From NCBI GenBank assembly GCA_965249575.1, contig OZ252244.1, forward strand, positions 399,127 through 463,126: a stretch of 64,000 nucleotides of DNA, written 5' to 3'. Below are positions 1 to 10,875 of this stretch, piece after piece. Position 1 is the stretch's first letter; the number at the start of each line of letters is the position of its first letter. The translations under genes and the position numbers were made by a program. This DNA comes from Gemmatimonadales bacterium (GTDB lineage: Bacteria > Gemmatimonadota > Gemmatimonadetes > Gemmatimonadales > GWC2-71-9). The notes beneath the pieces were generated by a model that had not been told where the DNA came from, ran no database searches, and was given only the letters and a program-made list of their open reading frames with translations.

Positions 1-1310
1 CCGACCACGCGACGCTCTATCCACCCGGCGGGCACTCCAGCCGAAACATCGAGGTGCTGAGCCATCTCCCGCTGGGGCGGATGTTCACAGTGGCTGACAT
101 CGAAATGGAGCAGGAGCTTTCGCGGCCCTATGTGTACGTGTCGCGAATGCAGGGCACCACCTACTCCATGGGGACGTCCGTCGTCAGCATCAAGGATCCC
201 GCGAACGCCCGTGTGCTCTACACTTGGCGGATCGAGGACCCGGAGCGGCACCGGGGATACGGTGCCATGGACAACAAGTACTTCAAGCACCGGGGCCGCT
301 ACTACGACGTGCAGTCAATCCAATTGTCGCAGGGCAGCCCGAACGCCGACCTCGGCGCGGTGGTGTTCGACGTTACCGGCCTGCCCGATACGACCCAGTT
401 CAGGGAAGCAGCGCGGATTCGCACGCCGGACACGCCCGGCGGCTTCCACAACATCTTCGCGTACAAACACTCCGACGGTCTACCCCTACTCTTCGCCACC
501 ACCACCTCGCCGCATGCCAACATCTACGATCTCGGTGGAGTCGTGGCCGGAGAGGGACTGGCCAGCCTGATCGCGCGAATCGCGGTCCCGGATGCGCCCC
601 CGACGGGCCGCGGAAGCTATCACGACATGTACGCGGGGTACGATCCCGCGACCCGTCAGGACAAGTTCTACGGCGCGGCCTGGAATTCCGGTTACTACAT
701 CTTCGACATCAGCCAGCCCGAGCAGTCCAAGCTCATTACCTCGATCACGGGGGTCGCAGGCGGTGGAAACCAGCACACCTTCACGCCGACGCCCGACGGC
801 CGGTACGTCGTCACGGAGATGGAGTACCAGTTCGCGCCGCTTCGCATCTTCGATCTCAAGCCGGGTCTCGACGGCGAGGTCAAGACGATCTCGCGGCCGA
901 TCGGTTCCTGGACGGCGAGGTGGCAGGGTCTGGTGCACAATCACGAGGTGCGCTGGCCGTACGTGTTCGTCTCGGGCTATGAGGACGGCTTCCACGTCTT
1001 CAACATGATGGATCCGACGAACCCCTACACCGTCGGCTTCTACGACACGTTCGACGGTCCTCATCTGCAGGGGTGGGGCGGGGTGAACAATCCAGAAGCA
1101 AACCGCGGCGGTATCGCTAACGGGTCCTCCGGGGTCGACGTCCGAAATGCGGACGGGGTCATCGTCATCAGCGACATGACCACGGGCTTTTGGGCCTTCA
1201 AGATGGACGGCTTCGACGGCTGGAACGGGCATCAGTGGGGCATGCCGAATGTCTCGAGCGCGCAGGACTGGGACAACGGGCCGGAGGGGGCGGGGGCGCC
1301 GGTGAGTTGA
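1..1310 (+). CDS. LVIVD-repeat-like beta-propeller protein, 5' end runs off the window
   Basis: The frame of ORF 54..1310 stays open back to base 3. The upstream peptide DHATLYPPGGHSSRNIEVLSHLPLG aligns with NPHHGRSGNVHVVGHLPLG of the paralog at 17631..19061. The two align end to end at roughly 70% identity by eye. GVIVISD and WPYVFVSGY motifs are present. Confidence 0.7.
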   Translation, partial: DHATLYPPGGHSSRNIEVLSHLPLGRMFTVADIEMEQELSRPYVYVSRMQGTTYSMGTSVVSIKDPANARVLYTWRIEDPERHRGYGAMDNKYFKHRGRYYDVQSIQLSQGSPNADLGAVVFDVTGLPDTTQFREAARIRTPDTPGGFHNIFAYKHSDGLPLLFATTTSPHANIYDLGGVVAGEGLASLIARIAVPDAPPTGRGSYHDMYAGYDPATRQDKFYGAAWNSGYYIFDISQPEQSKLITSITGVAGGGNQHTFTPTPDGRYVVTEMEYQFAPLRIFDLKPGLDGEVKTISRPIGSWTARWQGLVHNHEVRWPYVFVSGYEDGFHVFNMMDPTNPYTVGFYDTFDGPHLQGWGGVNNPEANRGGIANGSSGVDVRNADGVIVISDMTTGFWAFKMDGFDGWNGHQWGMPNVSSAQDWDNGPEGAGAPVS

Positions 1311-1460
1311 TAGGGCGTTAGGTAGGAAGTAGGGGGTAGGGATCAGGTGTCAGGATGTACCTGGTAACACCTGGCACCTGGCACGTGACACCACTGCCAC
1401 CATGACACCTGGAAGACCGCTTCGAACCTGAGACCCGAAACCAATCACTACTGCTCATTG
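1311..1460. repeat. Intergenic heptamer-repeat locus A (TAGGG-type units, then CAGGTGT / ACCTGGC units)
   Basis: The sequence reads tagggcgttaggtaggaagtagggggtagggatcaggtgtcagg...acctggtaacacctggcacctggcacgtgacacc...gacccgaaacc. It lies between the convergent LVIVD gene and thiC. Confidence 0.7.
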
Positions 1461-1500
1461 TGCTAGGAGCAGCGTCTCGCGCCTGATCGCCGGCTACGTG

Positions 1501-3027
<1,527 letters not shown>

Positions 3028-3060
3028 CTAGTGAACCGGTGCCGGCCGCGCCATGGGTCG

Positions 3061-3178
3061 CGGGTGTCAGGTGCCGGGTGTCAGGTGCCAGTGGCATCGC
3101 TTAGGACCTAGCACCTGACCCCCGAAACCTGACACCTAGTTCACCGATACCTGGCACCTGACACCTGACACCTACCGC
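3061..3178. repeat. Intergenic heptamer-repeat locus B, long imperfect hairpin
   Basis: The left arm ggtgtcaggtgccgggtgtcaggtgccag (3063-3092) is the reverse complement of the right arm cctggcacctgacacctgacacc (3151-3173). The interior has further units (cctgacccccgaaacctgacacc). Confidence 0.7.
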
Positions 3179-4710
3179 ACTACCCGCACCAACTCCTCAC
3201 CCCCATCCGGTCCGGTCCGATACAAAAGGCTGGACGCAGGTCCTCCGCCCGGAGGGAACTCGAAATCCACGACACTCCCACCGCCCGTCAACTCGACCCT
3301 TAGCATGTCCTCGCTCGCGTCGAAGATCTCGGCACGGCTCCACGCCACACCCATCCAGACCTCGAGCCCGTTCGCTACGACCCGCCACTCCATTCTCCCA
3401 AGCCGTGGGCTCTCGTAGATACCGGCGTAGTCCTCGAGCGGGTGCGCGAGTGCTTCGAGCCGCGCCGCGCGCTCAGCGAGGTGGCCGGCGAGGCGTCGGT
3501 GAACGTCCTCCAGCCGCTTCCGGAAGGTCTCCAGACGCACCGCGTAGTTTTCCTCCAGCCCGGGCTTGCCGAGCAGGCGATCGTAGACGTAGGTCGCCAT
3601 GAGATCAGCCGCCGGAGATGCGGGGCCAGCCGCGTCACTAGTACGATGACTCCGATCCCGTGTTCAGGCATGAACGACATGTGGGACCGATATCCGGAGA
3701 ACGAGCCGAAGCGGTGCACCACGGTGTCGCGTTCGTACGTGCCCAGGTCCCACCCGTACCCCCAGCCAAACCGATGAAACGGTCCGAACTCGCGGTCCTG
3801 ATCGGCGTGTTTCCGGTGCGTCGCCTCCAAGGCGTTGCGACGCAGTATGATGGCTTCGCGATCGACCGCTCTCCCGCTCAGGTGCGCGGCAACGAACCGC
3901 GCCAGATCCCGCGGGGTGGCGAAGTGTCCTCCCGCGGCGTGCATGTTCGCGTCTGCTTTTCGTAGGGGGAGCCGCTCGAATCCCGAGCCCGCGACGCCAT
4001 GCGGGAGGGCGATTCGCTGCGTGGGGATGCGGGACACGTATGCGCTCGTCTGCTCCATCCCCATGGGGTCGAGCACCTCCTGGCGTACGACCTCTTTCCA
4101 GCTCTCGGAGCTCGTGCTCTCGAGGACCATTCCCAGAATGGTTGTAGCCGAGGTTCCCGTAGGCAAATCGACGCCCGGAAGGCGATGGACCGTATTCCTC
4201 GAGGAGGTCGATGAGCTTCTCGTGCGTGAAGTCACCGGTGAAGGCCGTGCGGAACACGACCGGCCCTCGATCTTCGATGCCGTGGGTCATGGTCAGGTGA
4301 TCGTGAATCGTCACGGAGTCGGCGTCGAGCGGCGGCCGGAAGCGGAGCTCCTGCACGAACGCCGTGATGGGCGCGCGGAGGTCGATCACTCCTCGATCGG
4401 CCAGTGCGACCACGGCGGTCGCCGTGAGTGCTTTGGAGCTCGAGGCGATGTAAAACGCGGTTTCCGCATCGACCCGCCGGCCACCGTCCATGTCAGCGAC
4501 GCCAAATCCCCGCACGTGTAGCACCCAGTCGTTGTGGACAACAGCCACGCCCATCCCAGGCACGGCACCCATCTCTACGAGCTGCTCCGCGAACCTGTCT
4601 ACGTCCGATCGCCAGTCGCCGCCGATCAGCGCCTGGGCCCGTGCCGAGCTTGGCAAGACGAGGACACTCATCGCGACCCCCAAGCGGGTCGAGTGGGATA
4701 TGCCTCTCAT
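3172..4710 (-). pseudogene. Beta-lactamase-related serine hydrolase (SxxK family), split over three frames
   Basis: One protein can be read across ORFs 3664..4752, 3375..4235 and 3172..3600. The signal peptide and ASSSK motif are in frame A, switching at ..FAYGNLGYN|(T)ILGMVLESTS (~4150). The second switch is at ..GIGVIVLV|DAAGPASPAADLMATYVYDRLLG (~3645). Confidence 0.75.
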
Positions 4711-5196
4711 CACTGAGACTCCTTCCTTGTCCCCAGAACGGGCTTCATACATGGAAGGTAAATGAGGTCCCGCAGCGGACCTCGAACGAATCGAACCGAG
4801 GGGGTGCGGATGCGCTGGTGAACCCGATCCGAGAAACCCCGTGTCCGAGGATGGATCCTTGGTTCGACGCTCGCCATCCCCGAAAGTCGTTCGGGAGGCC
4901 GTACCGGCTCGATCGCGGGTGATGACACTGTAGACGAGTGCAAGATTCCTGAAGTTTCACAACGTAACAACGCGTAGCGATTATCGGGCTGACGAAGGAC
5001 AAGTTCATGGCTCGCACCACGTGAACCCGACCGTCCAACAAGACGGCCCCAAGCAGGCGCTCGCGGACTCGAGGTCCGCATGGGTGTGGCGTGGAGCCGC
5101 GCCGAGGTCTTCGACGGTGCCTGACGACCGCTTGCGAGCGGCATGGTCAATCTGGCTCTGGGACGGTGGCCGCACCGCCGTTAGATTGCCCCCGCA

Positions 5197-5989
5197 GTGA
5201 TCTCCGTTTCCAACCTCGCGAAATCGTTCGGTGACCGGACCTTGTTCGCCGGGGCATCGTTCCAGCTCAACCCGGCCGAGCGGTACGGACTCGTCGGCGC
5301 CAACGGTTCGGGCAAGACCACGCTGCTCCGGATTCTGAGCGGCGACCTCGCCCCTGACGGCGGCACCGTCTCCGTTGCAAAGCGGCTTCGGCTCGGCGTG
5401 CTCCGTCAGGATCAGTTCATCCACGACGAGCAGGAAATCCTCGGCCTCGCCCTCCAAGGCAATCCGGAACTGTCGGCGACAACGAGGTGCTGCACGGTGT
5501 CGACCTCACGGTCGTCCGCGGCGATCGCCTCGCCATCATGGGGCCGAACGGCATCGGCAAATCGACCCTCCTGAAGATCGTGATGGGCCAGCTCGAAGCC
5601 GATGCCGGGCAGGTGGAGTGGGGGTACGAGACCCATCTCGGCTACTTCGCCCAGGACCACCGAGCGGAATTCGACGCGCGGGACAGCACCGCCGAGCAAT
5701 GGGTCTGGGGCTTTTGTCCCGAGCGCGACTTCGGATATGTGCGCGGCGCCATGGGTTCGCTACTCTTCTCCGGAGACGACGGCAAGAACCCCCTGAGCGC
5801 GCTGTCCGGCTGCACGAGATCGACGGGCTGTTTTGCGAACCGGACTATTTTGCTCGGACGCCAACCGAAGAGGTTCGCGCCCGTGAGGCCGAGCGCCAGG
5901 ATCTCCAGAACGAGCTCGCGGATCTCATGGCCGAGTGGGAGCGCGTCGAGCATGAGTGCGCAGCAGTCGAACTGTCAGGGCAGACATGA
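5197..5989 (+). pseudogene. ABC-F ATPase remnant with two internal deletions and frame changes
   Basis: The N-terminal Walker A (GANGSGKTTLL) runs to ..QGNPEL (~5468). The sequence then jumps to the second domain ([34 protein letters not shown]) and runs to the start of the signature LSALSG (~5810). It then jumps to a C-terminal tail (RLHEIDG...EWERVEHE). The total is ~0.8 kb against ~1.6 kb or more for intact ABC-F genes. Confidence 0.7.
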
Positions 5990-6038
5990 AGTCGCCGAAC
6001 GCCCGAGAGTACAGCCACCGCGCGACGCTGGCGCAATC

Positions 6039-6521
6039 ATGCGGTTCGGCTTGGGCCGACTCCACTTGAAGATTTGGATCGACGCGGACGCCGCCCCACG
6101 CGACGTGAAGGAGCTGGTCTTCCGGGCGGCAAAGCGCCTCAGCGTCCCCACCGTGCTCGTGGCCAACCAGCGGCTGCAGCTGCCGGTAGACAATCCCCTC
6201 GTCACGGCCGTGTGGGTCGAGGGCGGTCCCGACGTCGCTGACCAACACATCGCGACGGCGGCCGAGTCCGGGGATCTGGTGGTAACCCAGGACATCCCGC
6301 TGGCAGCGTTGCTGGTCCCCAAGGGCGTAGCGGTCTTGGATCCGCGGGGTGACGAGCACACGTCCGCGACCATCGGCGAGCGACTCTCCGTCCGAGACTT
6401 CATGGACCAACTTCGAACAGCAGGAGCGGTGACCGGCGGACCTCCCCCGTACGACGTGCAAGCGAAGCAAGCCTTCGCTTCGGCGCTGGACCGGACTCTC
6501 ACCCGCCTGCTCCGGGCCTAG
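6039..6521 (+). CDS. yaiI: YaiI/YqxD family protein (UPF0178/DUF188)
   Basis: [23 protein letters not shown]...[26 protein letters not shown] is typical of the family. An alternative TTG start lies at 6066. Confidence 0.8.
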   Translation: MRFGLGRLHLKIWIDADAAPRDVKELVFRAAKRLSVPTVLVANQRLQLPVDNPLVTAVWVEGGPDVADQHIATAAESGDLVVTQDIPLAALLVPKGVAVLDPRGDEHTSATIGERLSVRDFMDQLRTAGAVTGGPPPYDVQAKQAFASALDRTLTRLLRA

Positions 6522-6580
6522 TGGCGCGTGGACGGTTAACCGGCGCAAGCCACCGGAAGGGGCATTCAATCCCTGAGCAC

Positions 6581-7096
6581 ATGCACCCTTCTCTCGTTGC
6601 GGAGCGGCCGCCCGTGGTCCTGTTCCTCAAGAACCTGCTGTTCACTGTCGCCGTGCCGGGCACCGTCGCCGGGCTCCTGCCGTGGTGATTGTTCGGTCCA
6701 TACAATCCGCTGGCGAACCACGTGATCCCCGTGGGAGCCGGCGGTATTCTCATGGCGTTGGGACTCACGTTGTTTTTCGCGTGTGTCTGGCCGTTCGCAA
6801 CCTTCGGCAGAGGAACACCAGCGCCGATCGATGCACCCATCCACTTGATCGTTGCCGGCCCCTACCGTTACGTGCGGAACCCAATGTATATCGCCGTTCT
6901 GTTCTTCGGGCAGGCGATCATCCTGCTCTCGCCCGGTCTCGCCCTATACGGCCTCGCGGTCGGTATGGTGTTTTCACTGTTCGTGGTCGGTTATGAAGAG
7001 GTTGCGCTGCGGAACCGGTTCGGCGATGAATATGAGCGTTACTACAGTCGGGTACCGCGGTGGATTCCGCGAATATCGAAGGACGAAGAGTCATGA
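6581..7096 (+). pseudogene. Isoprenylcysteine carboxyl / phospholipid methyltransferase family protein with an in-frame TGA
   Basis: ATG 6581 gives MHPSLVAERPPVVLFLKNLLFTVAVPGTVAGLLPW, then TGA (6686-6688), then in-frame LFGPYNPL...GPYRYVRNPMYIAVLFF...RVPRWIP. Both halves look like one family member. Confidence 0.7.
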
Positions 7097-7503
7097 ACGC
7101 TCGGCACTTGTTTGCGACCCTAGTCGTATTTCAGGCGGCGCATTCCCTCGAGGAAACCACGTTCGGTCTGTATCGCTGGCTGCCATACATCAACTGGATC
7201 GACGAACGGTGGCCGGGCGGCGCCTTCCTGGTCTTCGTGCTCATCAACGCGTCGTTCGTCTTGTTCGGCGGATGGTGCTACGTGGCCCGCGTCAAGCCAA
7301 GAGCGCCGAGTGCAGGCGTCTTCGTAATGCTGTGGGTCACTGTCGAGATATTGAACGGTATCTTACACCCAACCTGGTCGTTCGTTGTCGGCGACTACGT
7401 CCCAGGAACATTCACCGCGCCTTTTCTGTTGGTTGTCGCATCGCTGCTGCTCTGGCGCTGGTCAAGCGAAGCGACAGCCCGACCGACCTATCCGGAAGCC
7501 TGA
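7093..7503 (+). CDS. HXXEE domain-containing membrane protein
   Basis: MNARHLFATLVVFQAAHSLEETTF carries the HSLEE motif. The ATG overlaps the upstream stop (ATGA). Confidence 0.6.
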   Translation: MNARHLFATLVVFQAAHSLEETTFGLYRWLPYINWIDERWPGGAFLVFVLINASFVLFGGWCYVARVKPRAPSAGVFVMLWVTVEILNGILHPTWSFVVGDYVPGTFTAPFLLVVASLLLWRWSSEATARPTYPEA

Positions 7504-7841
7504 GGCTCCTTCCTGGCACTCTCCCTCATGACGACCCCTGCCAGGAGAACGGGCACCACCGACGCGAATCCGAATGCGATCTTCCCCGTCAGGAGCAACA
7601 TTACGGCAGAGCCCAAGAACGTCACTGCCGCGGCGGACGCGCCCCAAATTCTCGTGTTCTTGAGTGTCAATAGAGCACCCCCGGTCAGCTGTACCAGGCC
7701 GAATACGACGACCGCGCTGCCCCCGAGCCCCGCGCTCTCGAAGAAACCCACTTCCTCCGGCAGCCGTGCGACCTTCGGAATCCCGGCGGTCATGCTCAGA
7801 AGTGTCACGAGAACCAGGTTGACCCTCAGTAGGATGTTCAT
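7488..7841 (-). CDS. Small integral membrane protein (DoxX-like, tentative)
   Basis: 117-aa ORF with four hydrophobic segments, directly downstream of the oxidoreductase gene on the same strand. Confidence 0.5.
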   Translation of the reverse strand: MNILLRVNLVLVTLLSMTAGIPKVARLPEEVGFFESAGLGGSAVVVFGLVQLTGGALLTLKNTRIWGASAAAVTFLGSAVMLLLTGKIAFGFASVVPVLLAGVVMRESARKEPQASG

Positions 7842-8831
7842 CTAGGCCTGGTCGTCGGATTCCACCGTGACGACCACACACCCCTTCTTCTGCCCCGATT
7901 CGATATAGCTGTGCGCCTCCGCAGTCTGCTCCAACGGATAGCGTCTATCGATGACCGATCTGAGCTTTCCCGCCTCGATGAGCTCCCTGAGAGAAACCAG
8001 ACCCTCAGCCGTTTCGCTTGCGAACTCGACGATCACCTTCTTGCTGCTCGTCATCGAAGTCCAGACCGCGCGAAACATATGCCGCAGCGCGGGGTTGCCC
8101 AGGAGATAGCGGCCGTTTCGTCTCAGCGATCTCAAACTTCCCGAGAACGAGCTCTTGTCTACCACGTCGAAGATGACGTCGTACGTTCCGCGGCTTTCCG
8201 TGAAATCCTCTCGAGTGTAGTCGATGACGTGGTCCGCCCCAATGGAGCGCAGCATGTCCAGCTTTTCCGTGCTGTCCACACCAGTCACCTCAGCCCCGAA
8301 GTGCTTGGCGAGTTGGATCGCGAATGTACCTATGCTCCCGGCCGCTCCATTGACGAGAACCCTGTCGCCTCTCTGGATGTTTGCCTTGCGCATGAAATGC
8401 AGTGTATTGAGTCCCCCAATGGGAACGGAGGCGGCTTCGTCATAGGTCATATTGGCCGGTTTGATTGCCATCGGATACTTACTTGGGAGGCATACGTACT
8501 CGGCGCAGGCACCAAAGACGAAGCCGGTAGCCGCAAAAACCTCGTCGCCTGCTCGGAATCGCGTCACGCCTCTACCTACCGCTTCGACTTTTCCGGCTAG
8601 ATACAATCCCGGTATGAAATTCTTCCTGGGTTTTCTGATACCGATGACCACTCGGAGTGGGAGCCAGAAGAGCAGCGCGATCTGGAAGCGTCGAACCTCA
8701 CAATCCCCGGCGGTTATTTCAGCTGCACGTATCTTGATGAGGACTCCATCGTCCTTGGGAGTGGGCTTATCGACTTCCTTGAGTTGAAGGACGTCCGGTG
8801 GTCCGTATTCCGTGCAGACGATGGCTTTCAT
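7842..8831 (-). CDS. NAD(P)-dependent zinc-type alcohol dehydrogenase / quinone oxidoreductase (MDR family)
   Basis: MKAIVCTEYGPPDVLQLKEVDKP...VLVNGAAGSIGTFAIQLAKHFGAEVTGV shows the Rossmann GxxGxxG and MDR architecture. Confidence 0.85.
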   Translation of the reverse strand: MKAIVCTEYGPPDVLQLKEVDKPTPKDDGVLIKIRAAEITAGDCEVRRFQIALLFWLPLRVVIGIRKPRKNFIPGLYLAGKVEAVGRGVTRFRAGDEVFAATGFVFGACAEYVCLPSKYPMAIKPANMTYDEAASVPIGGLNTLHFMRKANIQRGDRVLVNGAAGSIGTFAIQLAKHFGAEVTGVDSTEKLDMLRSIGADHVIDYTREDFTESRGTYDVIFDVVDKSSFSGSLRSLRRNGRYLLGNPALRHMFRAVWTSMTSSKKVIVEFASETAEGLVSLRELIEAGKLRSVIDRRYPLEQTAEAHSYIESGQKKGCVVVTVESDDQA

Positions 8832-8947
8832 AGAGACTTCCCTCTAAGTTCTGCCCTTGTAGGGACTGAAGACATGATCCTCTCGTCGACGAGCCGCGAA
8901 GAGGAGCCCTACCCCACACTACGCTGAAGCATACTCTCGGGAGCCCC

Positions 8948-9928
8948 ATGAAAGCGATCGTATTCACTCGATATGGGCCTCCGGACGTTCTGCAGCTCAA
9001 AGAGGTGGCAAAGCCAGCTCCCAAGGACAACCAAGTCCTCATACGAATCCATGCCACGACGGTGACGTCGGGGGACGCGAGGCTGCGAAGTGTCAACGTC
9101 CCTACCGGGTTCCGGCTCATCATGCGCATCGTGTTCGGCTTCACGGGACCACGGAAACCAATTCTCGGGATGGAGTTAGCCGGGAAGATCGAATCCGTCG
9201 GCAAGGATATAGAGCTATTCAAAGAAGGGGATCAGGTTTTCGGGGCGGGTTCCGGCTGCCATGCGGAGTACACCTGTCTGCCTGAGGACGAGGCGTTGGC
9301 GACCAAGCCCGTCAATCTGACCTACGAGGAAGCCGCCGCCGTTCCGTTCGGGGCACTATCCTCGTTGGTCTACCTCAGAGACTTTGGACGGATTCAGAGC
9401 GGCCAGAAAGTCCTCATCAACGGGGCTTCCGGAGCGCTGGGCACATTTGCGGTACAGCTCGCCAAACACTTTGGCGCCGAAGTGACCGGGGTGTGCAGCA
9501 CCCCCAATCTCGAGCTGGTGAAATCGCTCGGCGCCGATGAGGTCATCGATTACACCAAGGAGGACTTTACCAAGAACGGCGAGACCTACGACATCATCTT
9601 CGACACCGTAGGTAAGACGTCCTTTTCGCGATGCAAGGCCTCACTGAAGCAGGACGGCCGCTGTCTCCTCGCTGTCGCCGGAATCCCAGATTTTCTCCGA
9701 ATGCTGTGGACCTCGATAACAGGCGGTAAGAAAGTGGTGGGTGGGGTAGCAGCCTTCAAGAAAGCAGATTTGGTTTTCGTCAAGGACCTCATCGAGGCGG
9801 GCAGGATAAAGCCGGTTATCGACAGACGCTACCCGCTGGAACGGATCGCCGACGCTCATCGGTACGTTGATAAGGGGCACAAGAAGGGAAGTGTCGTAAT
9901 CGTGGTAAAACACGATGACAAGGCCTGA
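8948..9928 (+). CDS. NAD(P)-dependent quinone oxidoreductase (MDR family), paralog of 7842..8831
   Basis: MKAIVFTRYGPPDVLQLKEVAKP...VLINGASGALGTFAVQLAKHFGAEVTGV. It is divergently transcribed from its paralog. Confidence 0.85.
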   Translation: MKAIVFTRYGPPDVLQLKEVAKPAPKDNQVLIRIHATTVTSGDARLRSVNVPTGFRLIMRIVFGFTGPRKPILGMELAGKIESVGKDIELFKEGDQVFGAGSGCHAEYTCLPEDEALATKPVNLTYEEAAAVPFGALSSLVYLRDFGRIQSGQKVLINGASGALGTFAVQLAKHFGAEVTGVCSTPNLELVKSLGADEVIDYTKEDFTKNGETYDIIFDTVGKTSFSRCKASLKQDGRCLLAVAGIPDFLRMLWTSITGGKKVVGGVAAFKKADLVFVKDLIEAGRIKPVIDRRYPLERIADAHRYVDKGHKKGSVVIVVKHDDKA

Positions 9929-10101
9929 CGAAGCGCTAGACCTCCTGGCCCGTTGCTCGCAGTGATCCCGCTTCGGAGTCCTCTCGACAACCGACGGCTA
10001 CAACCTCTGGATCTTCCCAGAGAGCGCACCCGTCACCTACATCGCCGGTGTCACGATCCCGAGAGCGGGCACGGAGCGGCAGACCAAGTTGTGCGGTCGC
10101 A

Positions 10102-10843
10102 TCAAAACCTCACCGACGCACCGAGGCCGAAGCGGCCGGTGCCCTGCGGCACGATGCCCAGGCGGAAGCGATCGAGGGGCACCTCGTCCCAGCGATCGTA
10201 CGGAAGGGGAGGCCGATGAGCGCGCCCGTGACAGCGCCAACGGCGGCACCACCCGCCGCGGCTGCAAGAGAATCCCCCCGCCTCCGCTGTCTCCCCCATC
10301 ACCTATTCCTCCGGCGGCGGCTATAAGAGCAACCGGTGCGGCGATTGTACCAACAACGAGGCCGATTGCCGCGCCCCTGCCCGCGTTCGACCGCATCCCC
10401 CGGTGGACCTCGAATCGAGTCACTCTTTCCATCCCCACCCGCGTTGAACCCACGACGAGCGTGTCGGCGTCGAGCCTGGTCAGTATCCCGGCGTGCCCAT
10501 TGAGTCCCGCAGTTGGGGCGGTGATGCGCACCCGCGTAAGCAGGCCGGATTCGGGGGGCTGCCCCCGAACTCGAACCTCGCGACCCACTCCATGGGAATT
10601 CGCACCAGATCAGCCTGCCCCGAAACGTACATCACGAGCGTGTCCAGTTTCGCCGAGACGAATGCTCCCTCGGCTGCGCGGACGACTCCAACCGACAGCG
10701 CACTCGGGGCGTTGAGGACGGCGCGCATTCTCGTGCCGCGCTCGACCCCCGCCCCCTGTGCACGAGGTTCGGCCGGCACGAACCGCGACACCCAGGTTAT
10801 CGGCAGCACAACGAGTCCGGCCTGCTTACGCGGGTGCGCATCG
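10102..10843 (-). pseudogene. Hypothetical membrane/secreted protein with an internal ~45-aa duplication, read across three or more frames
   Basis: The pieces ..LDTLVMYVSGQADLVRIPMEWVARFEF, GQPPESGLLTRVRITAPTAGLNGHAGILTRLDADTLVVGSTRVGMERVTRFEVHRG...GGDSLAAAAGGAAVGAVTGALIGLPF and YDRWDEVPLDRFRLGIVPQGTGRFGLGASVRF lie in different frames. Two switches fall at the adjacent G6 (10553-10558) and C5 (10562-10566) runs and at the C6 run (10274-10279). A third lies near 10200. Confidence 0.45.
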
Positions 10844-10875
10844 TCGAGACCTCCCAGTCTCGAAGGCCGGGCCGG

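Noticed and set aside
4753-5196. tmRNA or RNase P RNA in the long intergenic region
   Set aside because: The region has no tRNA-like 3' end (GGUUCGAnUCC..CCA context). It has no Ala-rich tag ORF and no GAGGAAAGUCC / ACAGAA P4 elements on either strand.
6686-6688. TGA reassigned to an amino acid genome-wide
   Set aside because: TGA clearly terminates many well-supported genes here, including eno, rpiB, nnr and the ICMT gene itself, so the standard code applies.
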